From contig NC_057751.1 in NCBI RefSeq assembly GCF_004010195.1, positions 6,414,699 to 6,478,698 on the forward strand: DNA of 64,000 nucleotides, read 5' to 3'. The translations under genes and the position numbers were made by a program. Below the pieces are notes generated by a model. It made no database searches. It saw nothing but the letters and a program-made list of their open reading frames with translations, and was not told the origin of the DNA. Of this stretch, positions 1 through 12,182 are shown piece by piece (position 1 is the first letter of the stretch; each line of letters begins with the position of its first letter). The stretch comes from Chiloscyllium plagiosum. Its lineage: Eukaryota.

Positions 1-148
1 CTTTTATTTTACAGGGAAGGTTATCTTCATCATCAACAAATTAAAATTCTAAGAGGACCATTAACGTCATACATGTTGTATTTTGTAAGGAGATCATGAG
101 CAGTATATGCAACATGGGAGATCTCTTGTTATGTACAATAAAGATAAA

Positions 149-316
149 TGATTTGGAGATGCTGGTGTTGGATTGGGGTGTACAAAGTTATAAATCACAC
201 AATGCTAGGTTATAGTTCATCGGTTTTATTTGGTAGCACTAGCTTTTAGAGCGCTGCTCCTTCATCAGGTTCCCAAATAAACCTGTTGGTCTATAACCTG
301 GTGTTGTGTGATTTTT
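149..316. mobile_element. Short hairpin-type insertion derived from a probable Penelope-like terminal repeat (family B)
   Basis: Long minus arm followed by an inverted partial plus arm (aaatcacacaatgctaggttatag / ctataacctggtgttgtgtgattt). Flanked by direct repeat AATAAAGATAAA at 137-148 and 317-328. Carries a degenerate hammerhead on the minus strand at 237-270. Confidence 0.7.
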
Positions 317-1896
317 AATAAAGATAAAGTTCACATAGAGTAAATTGGATTGACCTGTCACTTCAATAGATCATTATTCAGTGAGAAAACAAGTTGCTCA
401 TTGTCATGTTGGTGTTCTCCTTTATGCCGTGTTAAACTTGGAGATCTCAGGCAAATGTTACATATGAAGCATTGGATGGAGGCATGGTTCAAGACGTACT
501 TTGTCATGTGCTCACATGTCCCCGAAAGACCTGACACTGTTCTTCTCAAATGTTGGGTTGTCTTGATGACAGATACTTTGCTTTGCAGAGTTATTTGCAT
601 CCACATAACTGGATACAACTTACAGACTCTGAGACTGGCTTTCAAAATATCTTTATGTTTAATTTGGGACATTTTAAGGTGTGGGTTCCTATGCAATGCT
701 GGCTGGAGAACATTGCCTTCCAAATGCTGGAATCTTCCATACAAATCAGATGCTCGACCCAGTGAAGCTGAGCTCTGTCTCAGAATAAAGATCGTGTTCT
801 GACAGATCGCAGGTGTCATACCTCCTCTAACTGAATCTGAGGCATGGACAGCCTGCCAACTTCAATTAAAACAAATAGGTGAATTTCACCCTTTTCTCTT
901 GGCAAACATGAAGTAACAGGACAATATCCCTTCCATCCAAGTTCTTGCGAAGTGCAACATATCTTGAATCAAAAGCATGCATACAAAGAATGCAGGAAAT
1001 CCTTGTTGAATATTGTCAGATGTAGATTCAACATCACAAAATTATTGGGACCTAATATCTTGAGCATTATAAAATTCACTTCAATATTATTTACTGTACC
1101 TGACCCCCAATTAGTTACATTTGACATGACCCCTCTCACTTTCTAATTTGCGGACTCGCCTCATGCTGCTGCCTGCACAAGTGAGCACCCAACCACCAGT
1201 CACAGACCAACTGCTGGAGCTGTTGTCCGTCCCGGCTATCTGATAACATATTCTGGGAAAGACAGCAGTGACCATTGTCTCTGGCTGCCACCAATCCCAG
1301 TTCGCAACTGGACACAACACTTATCAGGTGTCTTTGGGTCCCCGGTCCTCCAATTTCAGTGGCCCAGTGGTCCAAATAAATGGAAGGATGCAGGGGAGAG
1401 CCCAAACTTCACCCAGACCCGAGCAGTCACCACCCTCCACCACAAACTTTTCTTCACTGAATCCCATCTCCCTTTCCCTACACAGAATGACAGAATTAAT
1501 AACTACCTTTTCACAGAGACTACCACACAGCACGAATCAGGCATCACCAAGTATTTGATTTGGCAGTAGAGAAAAAATATATAAGCATTTTCAAGGGACC
1601 ACTCAGGGATCAGTTCCAGTTCCACACCACCCATTGCTGCTTCTCAGCTTGTGACTCCACAATGTTGTCTTGAGGCTGCACTTGGGATTGTGACACAAAG
1701 AGTGGGATGCCTTGACCTGTAATGTAGAAGATGCACATAAATCACAGTGTTGCTTATGACTCAAAGTCATAGACTGTACATATTACATGACAGGTTATTT
1801 GCATTCCACATTGGATCACAGATTGTGCCTTGTTTGACAGGAAGATACAGATATTCCATTTCCAAGAAAAGACTTTAAGCATCGTCAGAAGTTCAT

Positions 1897-1968
1897 AGAA
1901 GAATACAGCGCAGTACATGCCCTTTGGCCCTCGATGTTGCGCCGATCCAAGCTCACCTAACCTATACT
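1897..1968 (-). mobile_element. Ultra-short CR1 LINE 3' end with 19-bp target-site duplication
   Basis: Matches the 3' end of the CR1 copy near 40560 (acagcgcag..ggccctcgatgttgcgccga). AGCATCGTCAGAAGTTCAT is repeated at 1878-1896 and 1969-1987. Confidence 0.75.
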
Positions 1969-2396
1969 AGCATCGTCAGAAGTTCATCCCGATGGAATGT
2001 CAAATTTTCCATTTTCCCATTTTAATACTTGAAAACTGTTGCGACCCCTCAATGAGAAGGAGAACACATTTTAGAGCAAAAAAATCGGGGTTCTGGTTTG
2101 TGGGGGTTTGCTGGGAGGTTGACCATTGCTATTTCCAGTGCATAAGCCACTTGGAGATTCCAATCTTTACTTTGAGCAACCTTTTTATAAGATGCGGCAG
2201 CATTTTGAACAGGTCAAATGCCTTATTTGCCCACAGTGATATTCCAAATAGTTATCATCATTTGAATTAATGATGACTGGCACTTCATATTTATCTTCAA
2301 AGGGATTTGGATAAATGTCTAAAGGATAAGAAATGCAGGGGCACTTGGAACAGTGCAGTGTCGGACTAGCTGAAGTTCTCTTCAAAATAGCTGGAT

Positions 2397-2516
2397 AGAC
2401 TGCAGATGCTGGAAATCAGAGTCAAAATGTGTGGTGCTGGAAAAGCATAGTTGGTCAGGCAGCATCCGAGGAGCAGGAGAATCGACGTTTCGAGTGTAAG
2501 CTCTCCATCAGGAATG
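2397..2516 (-). mobile_element. Penelope-like 3' terminal fragment (family A) with variant hammerhead
   Basis: Same sequence as the tail after the Penelope-like piece at 28130-28259. Minus strand reads ATTC-CTGATGG-AGAGC-TTAC-ACTC-GAAACGTC-GATT. Confidence 0.75.
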
Positions 2517-3421
2517 TCACAGATTGTCGGGTAGAATAGCCTCTTTCCTTGTTATATTATTCTATTGCAAAGTTTCTACACATTCAAGATACTTGGTTCT
2601 TCTGTCCTTTTTTAAATTTACCATTATTACTTGTCACTTGCATCTGTGGCATACTATAATAGAGTTAACCATGCTACGAGATGAGTAATTTAGAAGTCTG
2701 AACTCATGATTTGAAGTCACAGGTTCAAAACCAAAGGATTCAAATTCAATTCATTTCATAAATCTAGATTAAGAAGCTGGTGTCATGAACTATGAAATGA
2801 TTGTATTGTTGTAAAATCTCATCTGATTCATAAGTGTCTTTAAGGGAAGGAAGTCTGTTGTCTTTACTGATCTAGCCACACAATGTAACTTGACCCATAA
2901 ATGCCCTTCAAAATGCCCTTTAAAAAGCCATTCAATTGTATCAAAGAGGACAAATCATTGCCACTGAATCAAAAGCAATTAGGGAAGAGGAACAAATGTT
3001 GGTGACATCCAGCAAAGGTCTGTTTGAAAAAGAGCTTCTTTGTTTAATTTCAAGTAACATTCTGAACTTAGCTTGGATACTTTAAGTTAATAATTGACCC
3101 ATCTTTTGTCAGTTGCCATGCTTGTTACTTTCTTTCCAATTTGTAGGCTTCTCTGTGTCTTGTGCATAGTTCCCGCCTGTTATAGCATGATTACTCTTCT
3201 ACACAACCAATCATTTTTATTGTAGAAAAGTGCCCAGAACTGCAAACATCACATTTGATTGGATCAGTGCACCCATAAAACCAGAGCATCATCGTAAGAG
3301 ACTTGCAGGTTGAGAGCTTCAATTTGCTCCTGATGTGTCTTCTTGCCCATGTGGAGCATGTAACAGGAACTTGGGCACATACTTCCACCCATTAAAGCAT
3401 CATTTTGGCTCAGTTGGTAGT

Positions 3422-3614
3422 TGTTATGTATGTATGTAGTTGGTGTGTTGCCCCTTTAAGAGAGTGGGTCAGGTGACTTGGAGCGGGAGCGAGGCAAGAC
3501 AGTCTAGAAACTGACTGTGGAGCTGAGAGGACCCACAATAAAATATTCCCTGTTCAAGTTTACCTCCATCGACCTTGTCTTCTCCGCATCGGCCATGTGA
3601 ACCATCAACATAAC
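3422..3614 (+). repeat. Putative 5' LTR of the Gypsy element
   Basis: Starts TGTTATGT, ends ACATAAC (terminal inverted repeat), contains AATAAA near 3537, and is followed at 3615 by PBS-like TGGTGACAAG. Confidence 0.7.
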
Positions 3615-5338
3615 TGGTGACAAGAGTAGGATCCCACCCATAAACTGTGTATGAACTTTTCCTTGCCAGGCAGAAGGATGTCGCTCAGATTTCAAAAACA
3701 GCGCAGGATTGTTGAGATTATGTCAAAGGAAGCGGTTACTAGGAGACTTGGGCTGCGCTCATTGCCAGGGAAGCATGGTATGCACGAGGGAGTGGGCTGA
3801 GAGCAACAGTCATGAGTGAGCTCAGGCTGTAGCTGACTGCTGAAGAGGGGAGTACTCATTTGGGAGCTTACCAAAGTCATCACAGTATGCGATCATGAAA
3901 GGGCTGTGGTCGACGCCAGGGAAGAGTGGTCCGTAAATACAGTCGGTGAGGGAGAGACTGATGTGGACAGCATTCACTGAGGGGATCCAAGTTGCAAACA
4001 TCTACAAAATAGAGGGCCAGTTTGGAGTGATGGAACTGTTTGATGAGAAACATAAAGTTGGACTCTGTACACCGAACGTTTTGATGTGTGCTTAAAGTAA
4101 ATGAAGTGGCTGAATGGTACCCATTTTCCTGAGCACTATTGGGAGATAGACCTTCACATTCTAAAGAGACTAGTACAACTAGAGGCGAACCCGTGGAGAA
4201 GACATACCATGAACTATTCAAAATGTTGGGAAGTTATTTTGAACCAAAGCAGCTGAAGATTGCAGAATGTTTCCGCTTTTATTAATGGGTAAAGCACGAA
4301 GGCAAGTCCATTGCCCAATTTGTGGCCATCTTAAAAAGGTTAGCAGAACATTGTAAATTTGGAAAATTCCTCCAAGATGTTTGTGGGACCATTTGGCTTG
4401 TGGCATCTGACCAAAGACATCGAGTGCAAGCTACGAACAAAGAGAGACCTAGATTTCAAGGCAGCTTTCAACATTGCTACCTCAATGCAGTTGCCTAACC
4501 GTGAAGCAACACTGTGAGTGATGAAGCCCGGGGTGCGAAAGTAGTGGATACTCAGCAGAATGTGGTACCAACCGTAGAATGCCATTGATGTGGCAAACGT
4601 AGCCGCAAGTAGTCAGCATGTTGGACTCGAGCAGCCCAGTGCTGCATGTGGGTCATATTGCCTAAAATTGTCAAGTCCAACTCAAGCATGAAAAGAGGTG
4701 TCCAAAGGAGACAATTCAGACGACAAGGCATAAGGTGCATGCCCCCAGCCAGGGAATAGTTGGGGAGTCAGCTGGGTCTGCGGGGGACGCTGAAGGCTCA
4801 GAGACAGCAGAGTTTTGGTTAAAAATCCTGTTTGTATGGGGTCAAGCTGATCATTTTTGGGTTCTTCCCAAATTAGGGAGTAAAGATGATTTGGTGCAGC
4901 AGTGTCTCTAATCCCAGAATCAATAAATAGGGAAAAGTTATTGAAGCCTGCCAAGAATACACAATGGACATACAAATGATCCCACCAAAGGGCTATTTAC
5001 TTGTAAAAGTTCATGTAAGGGACCAGTGTGCCAAATTCCCTCGATACATACTGAAAGCTGACTATCCAGCATTATTCGGATGCCCTGGTTACAGAAATTA
5101 AAGTTAAATTGGGATGTGGTTATAGGCTGGAGGACTCAAAAATGAGTTTGCAAGAGATTTTAGACAGGGAAAAATATATCTTCAAGGGAATTCTGAGGAA
5201 AATAAAGGAAATAAAGAAATTGAACTTAGGTTGAGGTGGGAGGCTTATTCAAGGGAAAAAAAGTTCTCAAAAATGGATCTATCACAGGTCAACTTGTACA
5301 TGGCGGTCATGACCGAGTCCTAGCTGCCACTGAAGATA

Positions 5339-5581
5339 ATGACACAGAAGGGACTGTTCCACAACAAGCAACTTCCTTTTGGCATTATGTCAGCACTGGT
5401 TCTATTCCAGAGGGCCATGGACCAAACTTTGAGTGGATTTCCTGGTGTCCAGTGTTATCTGAATGACATTTTGGTTACTAGATCCTCCAAAGAGGAGCAT
5501 TCGAAAAACCTAGAAGAAACCCTAAAATGGTTTCAGGAGCGCGACCTACAAGTAAAAGGTGAGAAATGTGAGTTTTTTTGA
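5339..5581 (+). pseudogene. Gypsy reverse transcriptase fragment
   Basis: TQKGLF..LPFGIMSA..FQRAMD..YLNDILVT, with the catalytic YxDD decayed to YLND. Confidence 0.9.
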
Positions 5582-5836
5582 AGACACGATTGAGTACCAG
5601 GTTCATGTCATCACTGATGGGGGACTACACAAGGCATCCAAGAAGATGGAGGCTATCATGAAGGTCCCTAGACCAGAGAACGTGTCTCAACTGTGATCTT
5701 CGGACTTGCAAATTACTGTGTGATGTTCTGGCAACTGCGCTAAAACTCCTGCAACTGTTGCGGTAAAAGGGTAGCCATGGAAATGGACCCAGGAATGTGA
5801 GGAGGCTTACTAGGAGATGAGCAAGCTCTCAAACGT

Positions 5837-6097
5837 TTGGAAGTGTTGCCACTGCAGTTGACGTGTGATGCCTCACCTCTTGGGGTTGGCACTGTCCTAT
5901 CACACATCTTACTAAAAGGACAGGAGTGTACTATTGCGTTCGCATCGAGGTCAGTAACAAAGACAGAGGAGAAGTATGCCCAAGTGGAAATGGAAGGATT
6001 GAGCATTGTGTTTGGTGTAAAGAAATTAATCAATTTCCTTCATGCTGCTACAAACCGCAGGCCGCTAACGTCCACTTTACAGGAATATCCTCAATGA
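5837..6097 (+). pseudogene. Gypsy RNase H fragment
   Basis: LQLTCDASPLGVGTVLSH..IAFASRSVTKTEEKYAQVEMEGLSIVFGVKK. Confidence 0.9.
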
Positions 6098-6377
6098 CTG
6101 CAGCACTACCTCAAGAAAAGGGCACTCGCTCTGTCAGTCCATTCAATTAAATTAGATATCAACAGTCAAAGAAACATTGCAATGCAGATGCTTTGTCAAG
6201 ATTACCCCGACTGGGAAATAAGGATGTTTCCAACTGGAAACTGAAAATTATGTGCTTTTCCTAGGAAAGTAAAGTACTGGTGTCGGCGAGTCAGGTGTAC
6301 AACGCTCCCTGGAATGACCTGATCTTGAGCCTAGTGCTGGACTTGGTCCTGAGGGGAAGGACTTGTCATAGAAACTG

Positions 6378-6505
6378 CCCTGAAGAAGGGCTTTTGCCCG
6401 AAACGCGATTCTCCTGCTCCTCGGATGCTGCCTGGCCTGCTGCGCTTTTCCGGCACCACACATTTCAACTCTGGTCTCCAGCATCTGCAGTCCTCACTTT
6501 CTCCT
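6378..6505 (+). mobile_element. Penelope-like 3' tail (family A) nested in Gypsy pol
   Basis: cctgaagaagggcttttgcccgaaacgcg..cagcatctgcagtcctcactttctcct interrupts pol. Pol-like coding (LSISGECFMWGMRVVI) resumes after it. Confidence 0.8.
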
Positions 6506-6812
6506 AGTTGTCCATATCAGGGGAGTGTTTCATGTGGGGAATGAGAGTTGTTATCTGTCCTCCCCTTAAGAGGAAAGGTGCTGGAACAAGTGCGCCAAGG
6601 GCAGCCTGACGTGGTGCAAATGAAAGAAGTAGCCAGGAGCTACTTTTGATGGGCAAGGATGGACTCCCAGATTGGAAAGAAAGTAGGATCATGCAAATCT
6701 TGTGCATTATTTCAGAAAGTTATGCTGTTGTCGCACCTTCATGCATAGGAATGGCCTCAATCACCACGGCAGTGGATTCTTGTTGACTTTGCAAAACATG
6801 TAGAAGTCCTGG

Positions 6813-7172
6813 ATGCCCACAGTGGTGGTCAAGAAATCAGTATCAGCAGACACAATGATAGACCAACTGGGTGAAATGTTTGCCAGGTTCGGGAACCCTG
6901 AACAAGTTGTGAGTGACAATGATCCACAGCTTGTGGGACAAGAGTTCAAGGGGTACCTGGAAAATCATGGAATCAGACATGTGAACTTGGCTCCGTATCA
7001 CCTTGTGATAAACAGCCAAGCGGAGAGACTGTTACAAACCTTTAAGCAGGCCTTAAAGGCCCAACAAGGGGAAGATTCACCAGGACAGCGACTCAACAAG
7101 TTCCTCAGCATTTACAGGAACACAGCGTGTGCAATGACCCAGTGCTCGCCAGTGTCCTTCATGTATAACTGA
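6813..7172 (+). pseudogene. Gypsy integrase core fragment
   Basis: FARFGNPEQVVSDNDPQL..GIRHVNLAPYH..NSQAERLLQTFKQALK..YRNT. Confidence 0.9.
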
Positions 7173-8789
7173 GAGTTGAGAAACATGTTTGACTTACTGC
7201 GGCAGGAAGAGATCAGAGAATTGGCAGAATGAAATGAAGAAGGATGGATGGTCAAATGGGCAGGAACATTGAGGTCGAGGGTATTCCAAAGAAGGGAGAC
7301 CAGGTTGGCCCAAAATTTGAGGAAAAATGTATTGCCAGTGGTGGTAGTGGTGTCTCAAGCAGGATCATTGCCATGCACAGTGCAGATGAGGGATGAACTT
7401 CTCTGGAGGAGACATGCAGACCAGCTGGTTGCTGCATCTCACCAATGGGGGATGTCCCCCAGAACACTGAGCTTGTCCAGGTAGGACCAGTTGTGTCAAC
7501 CGAGTCATGTGTCTTTGAGACAAAGTTGACCGTACCCAGGAAGGAGACAAAGGCAGTGTATCAGAGAGGAATTTACCTGCAAAACAACAGAAACTCAGGA
7601 GACTAAACCAGAAAAGGTTCCTGAGATGAGGAGATGGTCTTCTAGGAATTGTCAGCCCCTTGAGAGAGCGTTCAGTGTAAACTACGGAAGGATCGTTCAA
7701 CTGTTTTAATCTGAGTTTAGTTGCAAATATGCATTTGCACCAATGCGAAACATAGTTTGATTGGATTTATGGCAATGTTTTACTTTTGATCAGTAGTCAC
7801 AGTTTGATTACGTAAACTGGGTTGTCAGCGTGATGAAGTGTGTAATCTTAGCAAAGGGAACATTTACTTAATTGGAATTTCCAGCTCACAATATTAAAGT
7901 AAACAAGAAAAAATGGATTTTGTTTCTGCAATGTAAAATTCGTTTAACAGAAGAATTAATTGATTTAAGTGTATCGGAAAATGAAACATTAATTTGATTT
8001 GTTTTTCCCATGTTGGAACGTGTTATTGACATCTGAACTAATGTTCTATAATTTAAACAGACGGTTGCATTAGAAAACAATTAAAGGATATTTGCTCTTT
8101 GTTTGAATTTATGTTTGTTGCTTTAGTTTTTTTTGTTTGCTATCAATTTCTCTGCCCTTCACTTGCTACTGTAAAGTTGAACTGCATCCAATTGTTTTGT
8201 ACCTTTGCTTGCCAATTCTTTCTCTGCACCTCTTCCAAAGACACAGGGCTAGAAATTTGGGTGACTCGTTTTTGTTTAGTAAAGTAATGGTGTGTTACTA
8301 TCCTACCACTGAGCTAAGAGATGTCAAGCCTTACCTGTTGCATTTAAGGAGTCAGTTCACCACTCTGCTGTGCATTGTGCAGCAGGTATCCCAGATGATA
8401 TTTCTTTCGTAGCTCAGGAACATAGATGAATACTGCTGCATGGTGTGAGCTACGTTAGTGCAGACAGAGGATCAATCCTGGATTCTCTCACCTCTGTGGC
8501 TTACTCCTGCACTCGAAAATGCTTTTACCCACAAGAGTTCCCAGGTTTTGAATGAACTTCTTTTGAGATACTATGACTTTATTGAAAAGATTTAAAGATA
8601 TGCAGTCGTAAGTCAAATGGATTCCTACTAAAAAAATTCATTGCGTGATGATGGGTCATGAAGCTGTCGTGATTATCCATGTTTTTGTCTCTCTGTCAGG
8701 TGTTCATATGCACTGTGCAATCATGGAATGACACACCTCATGTCTGGAAGGTCATGAGGGTCCTTTCAAAACTGGAACAGACAAATTAG

Positions 8790-9020
8790 GATAATGAGGC
8801 CATTCAACTCCTTGAGCCTGCTCTGCCATTCAATAAGATCATGGCTGATTTGTTTGTGATTTGAATTCCACATTTCTAAGTACTCCTCATACCATTTAAG
8901 CCTATTAACGAACAAAAATTTATCAACCTATGCCTTAAAAATTTTCAGTAAACACTTGTGTACCATCTGAGGCACAGTATTCCAAACTTGTGAAAGCTGT
9001 TGAGCAGAACGAATTATTTT
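8790..9020 (-). mobile_element. Old CR1 3' fragment
   Basis: ggccattcaactccttgagcctgctctgccattcaataagatcatggctgat is a typical CR1 3' UTR in reverse. A similar piece lies at 42270-42510. Confidence 0.6.
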
Positions 9021-9029
9021 TAAAAATGT

Positions 9030-9760
9030 ATTCATTTGTAGAGGTGGGCATAGCTGGCCAGCCAGCATTTATTGCTCATCCCGAGTTGCCCTTGAGAAGG
9101 TGGTGGTGAGCTGCCTTCCTGAACCGCTGGACTCCACCGCTGTGAGTTGACCCACAATGCCTTTAGGGAGGGAATTCTAGGATTGTTACCCAGCGACAGT
9201 GAAGAAATGGGGATATGCAGTATTTCCAAATCAATATGATGAGTAGCTTGGACAGGAACTTGAAAGTGGTGATATTGACATATATCTGTTGCCCTTGTCT
9301 TTTTAATTGGCAGTGGTCATGAGTTTGACTGACGATCTTTGTTAATTTTCTGCAGTCACATCTTGCAGATAGTACACACTGCTTCGACTGAACTTCAGTG
9401 ATGGAAGGAGTGGATGTTTGTGAATGTGGTGCCAATCAAGTAGGGTGCTTTGTCCTGGATGGTGTCAAGCTTATTGTTGTTGTTGGAGCTGCACTCATGC
9501 AGGCAAGTGGGGATTATTCCATCACATTCCTGACTTGCGCCTTGTAGATTGTGGACAACCTCTGGGGATTCAGGAGGTGAGTTACACACCACAGTATTCC
9601 TAGCCTCTGACCTGCTGTTGCAGTCTCTGTGTTTATGTGGTGAGTCTAGTTAAGTTTCTGATCAATGGTAACCCCTGGATGTTGATTGTAGGGAATTCAG
9701 TGATGGTAACACAATTGAATATCAGGGGCAGTGGTTAGATAATCTCTTATTGGTGATGGG
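9030..9760 (-). mobile_element. Non-LTR retrotransposon 3' part (RTEX-like), continuing at about 10694-10785
   Basis: Reverse-strand LDTIQDKA motif and tail gggatgagcaataaatgctggc. Homologous to 56325-57048. Confidence 0.65.
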
Positions 9761-9774
9761 AGCATTCTTGCTAG

Positions 9775-10692
9775 GTTTGCAGATGATACAAAGATAGGTA
9801 GAGGGATAGGTAGCATTGAGGAGATGGGGAGGCTGCCAAAGGAATTAGGGAGTTAAGGAGAGTGGGCAAAGAAATGGCAGATGGAGTACAATGTGAGAAA
9901 GTGTGAGGTCATGCACTTCAGCAGGAAGAATAGAGGTATGGATTATTTTCTAAATGGGGAGAAAATTCAGAAGTCTGAAATGCAAAGAGACTTCGGTGTT
10001 CTAGTGCAGGTTGAGTCAGTCATTAGGAAGGCAGATGCAGTGATGACATTTGTTTTGAGAGGACTTGAATATAAAAGCAGGGATATACTTCTGAGGCTCT
10101 GGGAGGTTCTGGTCAGACCACATTCGGTGCGTTTTGCACAGTTTTGGGACCCATATCTCAGGAAGGATGTACGAGCCCTGGAGCGTGTTCAGAGAAGGTT
10201 CATGAAAATGGTCCCAGGAATGAAAAACTTAACAGAAATGGAATGTTTGAGGACTCTGGATCTATACTCGATGGAGTTTAGAAGGATGTGAGGGAGGATC
10301 TAATTGAAACATACAGAATACTAAATGGCCTGGACCGAGTGGACATTGTCAAGATGTTTCCACTGGTAGGAGAGAAGAGGATCCGAGAGCACAGCCTTAG
10401 AGAATAGGGGAGACCTTTTAGAATGGAGATAAGGAGAAACGTCTTTAGCCAGAGAATGGTGAATCTGTGGAATTCATTGCCACAGAAGGCTGTGGAGGTG
10501 AGTCTATTTAAGACTCACCTCCACCTATTTAAGTCATTGAATCTATTTAAGACTAAGATAGATAGCTTCTTGATTGTCAAGAGGATCAAGGTTTTGGGGG
10601 AAAAAGTGGAAGAATGGGGTTAAGAAACTTATCAATCATGATTCTATGGGCATAATGGCCTAACTTCTGCTCCGATGTCTTATGGTCTTATA
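9775..10692 (+). mobile_element. CR1 LINE 3' fragment (RT C-terminus plus 3' UTR)
   Basis: FADDTK, MEYNVRKCEVMHF, LVRPH, LERVQRRF, FSQRMVNLWNSLP, ending in a tcttatgg tail. Confidence 0.9.
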
Positions 10693-11195
10693 ATTACTGC
10701 CTAGCATTTGTGTGGTGTGAATGTTAGTTGCCACTTGTCAGCACAAGCCTGGATATTGTCCAGACCTTGTTGCATTCGAACATGGCATATTTGGTTTTCT
10801 AACAGCCAGCCAGTCTTCTGGACATGCTAGTATGTTACCCCAAGACTATGAGCTCCCACATTGCGAAATAATCATTTTTTTGTGGCACCCTGTCAAATGT
10901 CTTCCATAAATCCAAGCAGTTTCGTTTTATCTGCGCTACATGCTATTCCTTAAAAAAGCTTGAATGGGTTGGTTCAACCAGTTTTCCCTTTCACAAAATT
11001 ATGCTGATTCTTTGTGATGACTGTGAGTTGTTCCCAAGTGCCCAGCTATAATGCCCTAAATGATCAATATGAATACCTTCCCTATGGCAGATTTGAATCC
11101 ATTAGCTTATATTTCCTGTCTGCTGGGTCCCTCCCTTCTTGAATCAAGGAGTTATATTTGCTTCTTTTTAGTTTGTTGGAATTTTTCTAGACCAC

Positions 11196-11510
11196 TGGTG
11201 GCCGAGTGGTTAGCCCTGCTGCCTCGTTGCACCAGGGACCCAGGTTTGATTCCAGCCTTGGGCAACTGTCTGTGTTGGGTTTGCACATTCTCCCCGTGTC
11301 TGTGTGGGTTTCCTCCGGGTGCTCCGGTTTCCTCCCACAGTCCAAAGATGTGCAGGTTAGGTGGATTGGCCATGCTGAATTGCCCATTATGTTAGGTGCA
11401 TTAGTCAAGGGTAAATGTAGGAAATGAGTCTGGGTGGGTTACTCTTCGGAGGGTAGGTGTGGACTTATTGGGTCGAAGGGCCTGTTTCCACACTGTAGGT
11501 AATCTAATCA
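11196..11510 (+). mobile_element. HE1-type tRNA-derived V-SINE
   Basis: Pol III A-box-like tggccgagtggtt and B-box-like ggtttgattcc, V-domain tttgcacattctccccgtgtctgtgtgggtttcctccgggtgctccggtttcctccc, and a CR1-like tail ending aatctaatc. Confidence 0.88.
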
Positions 11511-12030
11511 AACTAATCAATTTTTGAAAATAAATCCCAACACATCTACTCCATCATTGAGTACTCGAGGATGAAGGCCTCTGTGGACTCAGGGTGTTGT
11601 CCAACCATAGATCCATCATTTTGCTGAGTACCATGTTTCTTGTGATTGCAATTTCAACAAGTTCCTCTTTCTCTCCCTCTTCCATCTCTTGATTTACAGC
11701 CATTACTGGCATTCTCTTTGGTATTCTCTTTCATTATCCTGAAAGGGAAACAAAACATTTGTTCACTTCATTTGAAATTTTCCTTATTATTTAATATAAC
11801 ATTTCTGACTCTGTAAGTGACCAACGCTCACTTTAAATATGCTTTCACTTTCTAAATATCAAGTGATGTTCTTGCCATCCATTTTTAAATTTCAAACTAG
11901 AAAGCATTAAATGATTCATTTCTTTGAATACAAGTTCTTATTCAAATACCATAATTCTGTCATGGTAAATATTTGTGAAATATTTATTTTGTTTATATGT
12001 TTCACAAACATGGAACTTCTCAAAGTATTT

Positions 12031-12182
12031 GCAAGTCAAAAAGCGTGGTGCTGGAAAAGCACAGCCAGTCAGGCAGAAACGTCAACTCTCCTGCTCCCCG
12101 GACGCTGCCTGACCAGCTGTGCTTTTCCAGCATCACACTTTTCGACTCTGATCTCCAGCATCTGCAGTCCTCACTTTCTCCT
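12031..12182. mobile_element. Hairpin-type Penelope-derived short insertion (family A)
   Basis: Short inverted arm plus a longer plus-strand tail beginning gaaacgtc. Flanked by AAAGTATTT at 12022-12030 and 12183-12191. Confidence 0.75.

Larger units (their letters stand above)
3422..7860 (+). mobile_element. Degenerate Gypsy/Ty3 LTR retrotransposon (5' LTR, gag, protease, RT, RNase H, integrase), with no 3' LTR found
   Basis: Gag-like WTLYTERF and LAEHCKFG, protease-like GAAVSLIP, RT LPFG..YLNDILVT..KCEFF, RNase H CDASPLGVGTVLSH..IAFASR, integrase FARFGNPEQVVSDN..APYH..AER and WRRHADQL. Domain order RT-RH-IN is the Gypsy order. Many stops and frameshifts. Confidence 0.92.

Noticed and set aside
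350..819. Overlapping 150/153-aa ORFs, one with a CxxC..H..H-like stretch
   Set aside because: Spacing does not fit a C2H2 finger, there is no recognisable domain and no supporting exon structure.
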